Source of the DNA: Rhina ancylostomus
Lineage: Eukaryota
NCBI GenBank assembly: GCA_030265395.1
Contig: JARFYF010000056.1
Coordinates: forward strand, 10,393,617 to 10,457,616
Direction: 5' to 3'
DNA: 64,000 nt
Part shown: positions 1-10,940 of the stretch, piece by piece
How positions within the stretch are numbered: the stretch's first letter is position 1
Layout of the letters: each line of letters starts with the position of its first letter
Notes under the pieces: generated by a model
Told to the model about the DNA's origin: nothing
Databases searched by the model: none
What the model saw: the letters and a program-made list of their open reading frames with translations, nothing else
Position numbers and translations under genes: made by a program

Positions 1-100
1 AAAGACGTACGGGTAGGTTAATATGGGTTTAAATTGGGTGGCGTGGACTCGTTGGGCCAAAAGGGCCTGTTACCATGCTGTAAATAAAATTTAAAAAAAA
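1..100 (+). mobile_element. 3' end of a V-SINE/HE1-like SINE (truncated by window edge)
   Basis: V-domain-end-like aaagacgtacgggtaggttaat, then a CR1-type tail ttgggccaaaagggcctgttaccatgctgta and an A-rich end. Confidence 0.55.
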
Positions 101-1124
101 ATTTATTTAAAACTCTGAGCCTCCACAGCCTTTAGGAGAACAGAACTCCAAAGGTTCACTTGCATAAAGATATTTCTCCCTCCAGTCCTTAAGCAGCCTA
201 CCCCTTATTATGACACCATAATCCATGATTCTGCACTGCTCAGCCAGGGGAAAACCCAAGACTTCCATCCCATAAACCCAGATGTGTCTTAAATCCAGAT
301 GTTGGAGCAAAAAATAACTTTGTTCTTACCTATTGGTTGTAACTGGTGTCATTTCCCTCTAGCAACTCTTTTTGTAGATTGCTTAACAATATTTGATGCT
401 CCCTTGCTTCTTGATTCCAAAAACTATTCAAGATTTATGACTTTTCTGCTTGTGGAGTTTAACACTGGGTAGTTCTGTAAAGGATTACAGTCCTTGCGTT
501 GTTGGGGGCAAAGTGAGAAGTGCTTTCCATTGATCTTTGACTGCAGGGCATGCCAAAAGGAAACTTTTTGAAAATGGAAGTAATTTTATTTTTTTAATCT
601 ACTGCAAAGAAACATACTGCTGGACTTCTATTCACTTTGTTTTCCCAGCCATTGCCATAACACTTTGGTGTTCAGTAAGTTCTCTTGTGGAATTAGAGGC
701 CAAGGTAATTAGGAGCTACTTGATCTCTTACATTTGATATCCTTGCTGCTGTTGGGAATCCAGACCATACAGGTTAAACAGGGATAATGACATGGACTTT
801 TTAGACTCAGGCATGCAGATAAAATTTATTCTCTGTATTGAAGTCCTACATTTCTGTCTTTTTTATAAATATTATTACAAATTAAATGCTCTCATTTATA
901 ATGTAGATTGTCTTATGTAGTTCAGAATGGTGGTGCTGTAGACTTTTTTAAAGCAATATATTTACCTATTTACAGCCTAGCAATAACTAATATCTGATGG
1001 AATGGTATTTCACTTTTAAGAAAATTATATTTCATTGCCAGGGAAGTTGTATGGTTAAAATAATATTTATAAATGTATCAAAATGTGACTGATTCCTAAT
1101 CATATTTTTAAAAACATTCTTCAG

Positions 1125-1308
1125 CTTTGCAGTCATTCATTCGAGCATATACCACGTATCCAGCAAATCTAAAGCAGATATTTCACGTGAAATCCCTTCA
1201 CCTTGGACACGCTGCCAAAAGCTTTGGACTCAGAGATGCACCACAGAAGCTGAGTAGCACAATAATGGCGAATGAGCAGAAGAAGAATCTTAAACGAAGA
1301 ATGAAGAG
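1125..1308 (+). CDS. DDX31: DEAD-box helicase 31, penultimate coding exon
   Basis: Acceptor ttcttcag at 1124 and donor AG|gtaagg at 1309. Translation (A)[39 protein letters not shown] matches the recalled human DDX31 C-terminal region [39 protein letters not shown]. Confidence 0.93.
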
Positions 1309-2829
1309 GTAAGGGGCCTGGACTGCTTCAGTTAATTGTGTTGTGATTCAGATGTTTCCAGTTGCCTAAAATAAAGCAGGCCATAAACATGGTTGCAAAT
1401 AAAGCAGCTGATTGCTCTAAAGGAAAGTATTTTAGATCTACACAGGAAAGTAAAGCATCGTTTCAGAATTGTAATTGTTGCATGGTCATTGGAATCTTTC
1501 AGTTTTGAACTGTTTAGTTTTCCATTTATCTCTGTTATTCAAATTAAATTGTTACCCCATTGGAAAGATTAATTTCAAAGTGCTCTAAATATGCAGTTCT
1601 GTGTAAATATCATAGTTTTAACATAGTCTGGTTGATAATTTTGCTTGCCTACTACTCCAGAGTAAATCGAATCATGAGACGTTTCTTCATTTTGCATTCT
1701 GCAGCTGTATTGTAACATTACACAGCTCTGGATGAAGAGAGTAAAAACACTCTGGACTTCTATTGTCTGATGTTGCTTTGGCAGAAGTGCCATTTGCTCA
1801 CATAAAAGGGGTTTTAGTTGAGTTTCAACTAAAAGTCAGGGAAATTCTCTTCCAAGGTGTTCTGCTAACAATGACTGAACAGAGTACATAGAGGATATTC
1901 TCCCTTGTGTACATTTAAGATGGGTCGATATTCCTGCCCTTGGGCTAGGTGCAGGTTTGATTATCATCTTCTCTGTGATATCCAGCCACCCATATTCTAC
2001 AGAAGAGAGCTGTGGCACTTGTGAGTGGAGTCCTTTTCTATAAGGATCCAGAATACTTGGTACATGCCTATGTTAGCTGGAGTGCACTTATTTTGACTTG
2101 CATGTATGCCATAGGTGTTTTATGCACAAGTTTATGCCAAGCATGCTGATTCATTAGCTGCTGCATTAAACACTCTGCTTGTCCGCAAGCAGTTGAGATT
2201 CTTGTTCCCTCTCTGATAAACCTTGCAGATCCATTATAGTTTTTTTAATCTTTCTGTAGTAGATGTTGAAGTAAATAAATGTATTGCTGCCTGTGTCTTC
2301 CAAGAGGAAAAGAAATAAGTACCAAGAGGTGGATAGTGCAGGGAAATGGAATATTGCTTTTTCATTTCTGGGTTACTTGCATTCAAGTTCAATCTAGATG
2401 TACTTGATCAAAATCATCATCTTGTTATTAGTCTGAAACATTACTGAGCATGGCTCCACATTTTGGCACAAGCATGTACTATACTGGCATTCATTCAGAG
2501 AAACTACAAAGAGACAGTTTCTTACTGGTACAATGGTGAATGTTTCACTGTGGCTGGGATTAACACCAATAATAGAGTTTGCATCTGTCCATATTAATAA
2601 CTGATGCCAACTGCCCAAATGAAAATGCTTCATGTTCCCATTACCTGCCTTGAATGACAAAAATCAACAGAAAAGAGCTACTTCACAAAGCAACAACCAA
2701 AATTGTGGTTAGGAGTACCTCAGAACAGGTACACTATTCATGAACCCTCTCCTAATGTATTTTCATAGAAAGAAATTGGAAACAGTTTTTGTAATTTTTC
2801 TGTAGTTTTTTTTGCAATTAATAACTAGT

Positions 2830-3170
2830 GATTCACACTTGGAGTATTGTGTGCAGTTCTGGTCACCATAATACAAGGATGTGATCAAACTAGAGAGGGT
2901 GCAGAAAGGATTCACAATGATGTGGCCTGGTTTGGAAGGCCTGAGTTATAAGGAAAGATTCGATAGGTTGGGACTATTTTTCCGGGAGCAAAGGAAGCTA
3001 ATGGGTGACCTTATAGAGCTTTGTAAAATTATGAGAGGCATAGATGGGGTAGATAGTCACAGTCTTTTTCTTGGGGTAGAGGAGTCTAAAACAAGAGGGT
3101 ATAATTTGAAGGTGAGAGTGGAAAGATTTAAAGTGGACCTGAGGGGTGTGTTTTTCACACAGAGTGATGG
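2830..3170 (+). mobile_element. CR1-clade LINE ORF2 fragment
   Basis: ttggagtattgtgtgcagttctggtcacc motif; ORF 2881-3210 LERVQKGFTMMWPGLEGLSYKERFDRLGLF...KTRGYNLKV is the typical CR1 ORF2 C-terminus. Confidence 0.85.
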
Positions 3171-5864
3171 GACCTTGTCAAAGGCTTTATTCTTCAAAAG
3201 AAAAACTTAATCATGAAGCTAGGGCTGTTAAGCTTTTCAAATTGTGCAATGGGATCTTTTGCATCACCTGAACACTCATCTTTCATGAAGCATGACACCT
3301 CTAAAAGTAAAACATAGCAAAATCTTGAACCACTCCCTCTACATTGGACTGTAGTGTCATCACAGATTGAATCCTGAGATCTGGAAGAGGAATTTGAGTC
3401 CTTACATTGGTTACAAAGTCAGAAGGATGCTTATACTGAGCAGAAATCATACAATTCCTATTTGAAAAAAGTTATGAGAGTTAAATTTTTTCAGGAGTAT
3501 TTTATCCAGATCTTTCTCAGATGAACACAAAGGTTTGCCTCACTGCCATGCTGTGGAAATACAATTGGGCTCAATAAATTCACAAACTAAAGAGAGCTAG
3601 CAACAAAAATACCTCTCCAAGGAGCATATAACACCTCAGATCAAAGGAGATCTTTCATACTGGGTAAGTACTTCTGAAGAAAACCCAAGCTGGTTCTGAA
3701 CGTGCTGGTGCAGAATACTAATTATTTCTATCACCTGAAGAGGGGTGAGAAGAGAGAATCACCTGTGTTCCATCAGTTTGATAATCAGTTTACTGGCTCC
3801 AGCTCGGAAACTTTGACTGCCGTGACAACCACTTTACTGGCTATGACAATTGCAGACAATTAGCCTTTGTCTGTCATGAGCCATTGTCATGTATTGGATT
3901 TACTCACGGGCCACCAGCCATAACTCTGTATTAAGCCACTGCAATTCCTACCTAAAATGCATATTGAGAAGATATAATGTAAAAACATTTCAAGACACTA
4001 GTTGGTCTCCCATGGTGTTGCACAGGAGGTGTCTCAACCAAGTGTACACTTAATATAGAGTGGATTTGAGAAGCAGTGCATAATTGGTACATGATACACA
4101 TTTTAAAATTGTACAATTTATTCTTGCCTTTTTTATTATTTAGGTGTTAGTTGACTCCATGTGAACTGTCAAGTCATAATTCACTTTCCCATTTTAAAGT
4201 CATCCTTGCTTGGAAGCTGAGAGTAAAATTGTTTGGAGCATAGAAATCCAATGGAATATAGTTTTGTTAGAGGCACAAAGCTGAGTGGGTGGAACATGAC
4301 CATTAGTGGAAAAGAATGTAATTAATAGCGTGGCATCTTTATGTGAGTTATTTCTTTTATAACTGTGGGCATTTGGTGGTAAATAGGTGGCAATGTGACA
4401 AAATTATCACAACACCGGAAAGACCAGAACATGTACACAATGAGAGATTATTAATAATTTTGGATAGATTTGCTGAAATTGTAATATTACTAGCTTGTTT
4501 CCCTGTAGTGTTCACTGTCTAAAAATGATGTAAATATCACAATAATGGATGATATTTTCTTCGTTATGTTGGTGTTTTATGATTTGCATCTTTCATTTTG
4601 AATTGACTTCCATCTTTTTGGCCTCCAGGCAACAAGTTGGTGAGGTGAATGGAGGAATAGAGTTTATTCTCCAAAGCTGCAATGCATCAGTTTCACCCTG
4701 TGCATCAGCATGAATGTTGATTTTTTTTAATATATATATATTTTAATTTTGCTTTGCTGTTTATAACCTCTGCTGTTCAAATTTTTGTTGCATTATTTGA
4801 AAAATGATTAGTTTAGAACTTCAATGTTATTGCACAGAGAGAAGGCACGGTGTTGCCTTTGCTTAGAAAGCAGGATGTAATTTGCTCATTGTGTGCAGAT
4901 GTATTTCAGTCCCCAGTTCCGGACATGCATTCTGTCCACATGCTCATATCATGTGTGGAAAAAGTCTAACAGAAAAAGTCACACAATTTGTTTAGTGGAG
5001 CACAGAGTTTCTCTGCGGTACAGGCACAAAACCAAAGGTCTATAGTGCCACCTCTAGTAGGGTGGTTTAATTATAATACATGTTTACACTGGCAATCTTC
5101 ATTATAATTACAAGAATCCTTAATGGAATTGATGCACACAGATAAAAGATTTTTAACTTCGGTGGCATAAGGTGTTCACTACTTGATTTTTTTTCTTGTG
5201 TTGATTTATTGTTGTAATTACTGTTCTAACACATTGGTCTTTTCAGGTCAGTAATTTATAAAGTGATTCAATGCAGATATTGACTCATTCACAGGAATTA
5301 TTTATTATAATTCATAAAAGACTGTCAGATACCCAGAGGAAAAATGTTACCATTGTTACGGAAAACACTTTTATATGAAGGAGATACTGAGTCATGATAT
5401 GTTGTACCCAGCCCTAGACAGGCAGAAATCTGAGCTAACAAAATATTTGGGTGCCTTTCAAAGCCATTGTTTGAAAGCCTTTATTCTCAGTATATATTCT
5501 GTAGAATCTTTTATGCAGTCAAAATATAGAGATTCTGTGAACATTAAAATGTGCTCACATAATAAATGCAGGTAAATGTTTGTACTTTTTTTAAATGCCA
5601 TATATTCTGTCCTTATATAATATTTGATTAAGTAACACATTTCTCATATTCCTACCATTGTACCATCTATTGTGTGGCAAAGCCAGTAGACCATGTATTG
5701 CTGAGTTCTGATCTTAGCTGCATTTTCAGAACACAGCCAAGGGCACTAAATAGAATTACCAACTTTTCCTGAGTTTAGTCCTGATCACTCTTTATGGAAT
5801 TGTGTGCATTGATGGGTATTAACTATTCTCAGACTTGGCCACTAAAGTCAAATTGTCCACAACA

Positions 5865-6180
5865 ACAAAAGAATCGTACAGCACGGAAACAGGACCTTAG
5901 TCCCACCGAGACCACCATGGACATCAAATGCTCTTTTACACTGATCCCATTCTATTCTCTCCACATTGGCAAAATCTCCTCCAGATTGTACCACTCAACT
6001 ACACTAGGGGCAATTTACAACAGCCAATTAACCTGCCAACCCACACATCATTGGGATGTGGGAGGAAACCAGAATACCCAGAGGAAACCCATGCAATCGC
6101 AGGAAGACTGTGTAACTCCCCACATACAGCACCAGGTCAGGATTGAACCAGGGTTGCTGGAACTGCTGTGCGCCACTGAG
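5865..6180 (-). mobile_element. HE1-like V-SINE (tRNA head, V-domain, CR1-derived tail)
   Basis: Reverse-strand B-box ggttcaatcc near 6140-6150, V-domain gtgggaggaaaccagaatacccagaggaaacccatgca, and CR1-type tail tacagcacggaaacaggac at the left end. Confidence 0.8.
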
Positions 6181-6229
6181 CAGTAATCTTTTCCTAGGGA
6201 TGGAGAGATCCACTTGCCTATCACGCTTG

Positions 6230-6900
6230 TTACTAATGATCTAAGCAGCTCTCAGTCATCAACATCTCAAATTTTAAACACTTCAACTAACATTTAAATG
6301 TCTGTTGCTCTTTTGAGGGGACAGAGGGTGGGAAGACACTCCAGAAAATGATCATCTGTAGTGGGGTGAAGTTGTTCACAGGAAACCAGAATCAAGAATA
6401 GAGTAGGGAGAAAGAACTGGAATCTTGTAGGAGGTAAATAAGGATCTAACACTGAAAGAGGACCATGCAAGGATTAACAATTAGAATGTTATATTTGAGA
6501 TGTTGAGGGACTGAGAACCATGTAGGCAAATGGAGTTCATTGAGATAGGTTATGGGCAGTAGTGCTTTGAATAAGCTGAAGTGTATGATTAGAGCATGAG
6601 AGGTCCATCAGCCATGCATTGCAATAGTCTAGTCCAGTGATGATACTGATATGTGAGCGGGATTCAGCAGCAGATGAATCAAATTAATATGATACTAAAG
6701 GTAGAGATAGGTCATTGTGATGGAGAGGACGTGGTCAGAAAATGACCAGGCATTCAGGTGGCATTAAAGGGTTGCAAATAATCTGATTTCAGCCTAAGTC
6801 AGATGCTGGGAAGGGGGTGGAAGTTTGACTGGGAGTTAGAAATGATTTTGAATTGAATATTTAACTGGAGTAAATCGAAAGAGATCTGAGATTGGTCACT
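6230..6900 (-). mobile_element. Degraded L2-clade LINE fragment
   Basis: gcattgcaatagtctagtccagtgatga is the reverse of the L2 SRLDYCN-coding motif; no intact ORF. Confidence 0.55.
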
Positions 6901-7890
6901 GCTTATCCTTAACCATCGAGAGTCACTTTGGGAAACTAAGAACTGGTAAAAGTGATGNNNNNNNNNNNNNNNNNNNNNNNNNNNNNNNNNNNNNNNNNNN
7001 NNNNNNNNNNNNNNNNNNNNNNNNNNNNNNNNNNNNNNNNNNNNNNNNNNNNNNNNNAAACCTAGTATTTATGAGTATATAAGATCAACCTCATATCTGG
7101 GTGAAGTTGCACTGAGGCAGCCTGGAAGTGAGAACAGGAGACAATATTAATGTATCCTTGGGTAGACTCAAAGTCACACTGCAGAGAAGGAGAACCTATT
7201 ACTGGAGTTACTCTGCTTACGGCAGGAAATAAGCAAAGATACTCTTGCAGTACTTCACAAATGAAGAGAGCCGTGGTATGATTAATTTCTTCAAATGCAG
7301 AGGGGATACAGTTTTTGTGACTAAGTTTGAGCCATTTCAGGACAATGGGAAACATCTGAAACTTTTTCAACTAATTCTTATATTTGAGCTGAGCTGGCAA
7401 ACCCAGCATTAATTGCTTATCCCTAGTTGCCTTGGAAAAACTTGCACTTAGGCAGGAGACTGGAGAGGTGTTGAGACCCATGGAATTATGCCCAGCTTGA
7501 ACCATTGGCCTCAATATTTAATCAGGACTGGGAAAAGACTGGGTGGAAAGAATTCTGGGTGGGGAACTCTGAAGTTTGGGTTTCCCAGCCACCCTGCAGA
7601 GATTAACTGCATGATATCTTTTAACCATTCTCGGAAGGTTTTATGCCCCGTGGGCAGCCAGATTGACAGGCTGGCTTCCTGTTGGGCATGTAAACGAATG
7701 CCAGGGAAGTAGGAGATTACCCTAGGTTTGGGGGGAGAAAGGGGTTAGCGGTGGTTGATAGGAAGTCATAGGTTCCTTGGATGTTTAAGTAAGGCTTAAC
7801 TGAAGGTCATGGTGGAGGGTGGAGTTTTAAGGCCACAGTGGCAGTGGTGAGAAGCCTGAGGTCACTGGGGAGTGTGGGGAATTGGAGTAG

Positions 7891-8110
7891 AGAGTTGTGT
7901 TGGGAGAGTCAGAGGTGGCAAGTATTGTGTCAGGAGAAGCAAGAGTTGTGTTGGGGGAGACTGAGCTGGCAAGGGTTGTATCGGGAGAATCAGTGATTGG
8001 GAGGATTATATTGAGAGGCAATGATTGAATTGGGGGAGCTAGAGATTGCAAGGGTTGTGTGGGAGCTGTCAGAGACAGCAAGGGTTGTGACGGGGAATCT
8101 GAGGTGATAG
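7891..8110. repeat. Diverged purine-rich minisatellite, period about 30 bp
   Basis: Recurrent unit like agagttgtgttgggagagtcagaggtggca, about 7 imperfect copies. Confidence 0.65.
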
Positions 8111-9369
8111 GGGATTATTAAGTTGAATTATGAGCATCTTCTGTCAGAGTAGAAGATTGTAATACATCAAACTTCTTGCCTTTGGCAGCATTTGGAGATT
8201 TATTTCCAATAAAGGGGAGAATAGAAATCTTTATAAATGTAACCTCACCCCAGATGCAATCCTTCACATTTATTCAACTACAGCTTCTAACTACCAGGAA
8301 TGGCACCAAATCAAGGCTGGAATTCAAAGAGCATTATCCACAAAAAGACAAAACTCTTGTGTAGGCTTAGGATTTTCTTGCTTTGTTTCAGACACATACA
8401 AAATCAGAAAGTTTCTAATTGTATTAATAGAAGTTCAATTACCTCAATATAGGNNNNNNNNNNNNNNNNNNNNNNNNNNNNNNNNNNNNNNNNNNNNNNN
8501 NNNNNNNNNNNNNNNNNNNNNNNNNNNNNNNNNNNNNNNNNNNNNNNNNNNNNTGTGTAGCCCCAGTTGCTGCTCTGTCCTCCTTGTCAAACAGAGTAAT
8601 GTTAATTAAAAGGATCTATTTTTAAACAGTCTGTTTACTGATGATAACTACCTTTATTATTTTCTGTAATGCCTGTAGTAATGTGTCAGATCACAGCTTG
8701 TGCTGCAATTAATAGAATAGACAACAATTTAAACTTGACCCGATTTGAAAGCACTCACTTGTCTCTGTCTGTGTCAGGGGATTGCTGTAGAGTGGGGGGT
8801 AGGGTTAGTAGCTGGTGCAGTAAACAGCTGCTACTTAGTACAATAAACAATAAGAGGTTTGTGTAAACTGAGCACCTGTTAGACAAGGATGCTCCTGTCA
8901 GCTGGCAAGTTGGGCTTCCTTCTTTTGAGTGAAACCTACCATTGTCATTTGGTTCTGTTGGGTTCCCTTCTAATGTAGACACGTGATGGTCAATCTCTTT
9001 TTGTTAAACAGACTACGTTTGAGTTATATTGTAACCAGTTATTTTCCTGTATTGCTGTGACTGTTGCTTTGGAAGTAGACCGGTGCATTCACTAACTGGA
9101 GGCTTGATTTGTTAAGGATTTATTTTTTTTCTTTTTCCCTTTTATGTCTTTAGTGTAGTTATTTGATGTGATTCCTGCTAGATCACAGGGCTACTTTGGA
9201 AACCTAGTGTGTAAATGATGTTCTAATGATTTAATGGTCTGTGTAGATTTGACCTATTGATTTGTACTTCAACCCAGTTTAGAAGTTTTAAATGAACTAG
9301 TGATTTTAATTTTGAAAACTTAATTTAGTTATTTGTTTCTGTGTTTTTACACACACTCACACTTGTGAA

Positions 9370-9570
9370 GAAGGTTTATACTCTGACTTCAGCCTCTTAA
9401 CCAAAGCCTCTTCCTATCTTTGCACCATTGCTGCTGAGGCCTTTGGTCACTTGGGTTCAACACTGGAATCCTTTCTGTCTATCTCACCATCTCCATCTTG
9501 TGCTTTGACCTCCAAAACCCACAACTTTGACCAAGCTTTTGCTGGACCCTGCTAATATCTCTTCTGCAAA
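9370..9570 (+). mobile_element. Degraded L2-like 3' end
   Basis: gcctttggtcacttgggttcaacactggaatc...ctccaaaacccacaactttgaccaagctttt resembles L2 3' termini. Confidence 0.45.
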
Positions 9571-9610
9571 GCACTTTTTGTTTGAGAGACTGAACAAGAA
9601 TGTAAAGAGC

Positions 9611-10315
9611 TGAATAAATTTAACTTGTCAAGTCCTATTCAATCTAATTTTTTCTTTTATCCATCCAGAGTTGATTCAGCTTTTTCCATATGGAAAAGGA
9701 AGGGAATGGTATGCTTTCGTGATCCATTCATTGATAACTGTTTATCAGCTTTTGAACAATTGAACAAATACAATTTGCCTAGATCACACTTTTTTCGACA
9801 TTTGCAGATTAGAAATGTTTTAAAAGCTACTATACCCTCTTTTCTGACACCTTACAAAACTGATACTACGGAAAAAAATTTAGGTTTTAATCCTTACCAG
9901 AAGGGTTTGATAACAGTAATTATGGTTTAATTATGAAAATACGTCCAGAGTCACTGGACAAAATTAAGAGTGAACGGGAAAGCGAACTCCAGATGTCTAT
10001 ACCTACAGAGACATGGAAGAAAATTTTTCATTTATTTAATACATCTTCAATGTGTGCCAGACACCCGTTGATACAGTTTAAGGTAGTTCACAGGACCCAC
10101 ATGTCCAAAGATAAGCTAGCTCGTTTTTATAACCATATAAATNNNNNNNNNNNNNNNNNNNNNNNNNNNNNNNNNNNNNNNNNNNNNNNNNNNNNNNNNN
10201 NNNNNNNNNNNNNNNNNNNNNNNNNNNNNNNNNNNNNNNNNNAGATATGTACAAACTTTGATGCCATATACCATTTGTATTGATTTGAAAACTAATAAAA
10301 AAAGATTGAAAAAGA
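9611..10315 (+). mobile_element. 5'-truncated L1-clade LINE with 15-bp target-site duplication
   Basis: ORFs 9625-9930 and 9933-10283 give a fish-type L1 ORF2 C-terminus (YNLPRSHFFRHLQIR; SSMCARHPLIQFKVVHR). AATAAA plus A/AAAG tail. aagaatgtaaagagc is repeated at 9596-9610 and 10316-10330. Confidence 0.9.
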
Positions 10316-10751
10316 AAGAATGTAAAGAGCAAGTAGGTGGCAGATGTACTTTACCAAGATACATTTTGTTGATGTATTTGGATGTAAGAATAGGAAAGAA
10401 GATTCAGCTCAAGTGGTGACATCTTAAATAGGAAAGTGGATTGCAGGGATTTGGCTAGTAGATGCACAAGTTATATAGGATGGTATTGAGGATATATGAA
10501 GCTGTGACATGGACAAACAAGGTCCTTGGTTTTGAATCTCAGGGCATGGAATATAAAAGCAAACAAGTTTGGTTGAATATGCAACCTGTTTGGATACCGT
10601 ATTATGGGAATGGTGTGCAAGTATTGAAGAAGCAGCAGAGTGTATTCCTTGGTTGTTAGCAGGAAATGATCGAATCATGAACAGAGATATGAGAAATCAG
10701 GAAGTTCTCACTAGAGCCGAGTAAGTTACCAAAACTGATGGGTTCTGATCA

Positions 10752-10940
10752 GGTAAATTGGTTTACTATTATCACATGTACCAAGGTACAGTGAAAAACT
10801 TTGTTTTGCATGCCTTCCATACAGATCACTCATCACATCATGCATTGAGGTAGTATAAGGGAAAATGATAACAGAATGCAGAATAAAGTGCGGTGGAGGC
10901 AGACAATAAGGTGCAAGGCCATAACAAGGTAGATTGTTAC
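10752..10940 (-). mobile_element. Rex1/Babar LINE 3' UTR fragment
   Basis: Reverse complement matches 60135-60340 (caatctacct..ttatggccttgcaccttattgtctg...cactgtacct...gtga.aata.taaac), the tail of the Rex1-like copy. Confidence 0.75.

Noticed and set aside
107-310. 67-aa minus-strand ORF with faint L1 ORF2-like ending (IIRGRLLKDWR)
   Set aside because: Too short and diverged to call; no splice or homology support as a gene.
5043-5062. CTCF-like string gtgccacctctagtagg (and ccagtagatgccac on the minus strand near 12860-12876)
   Set aside because: Each needs an indel or a mismatch at a core position; not supportable without a PWM scan or ChIP.
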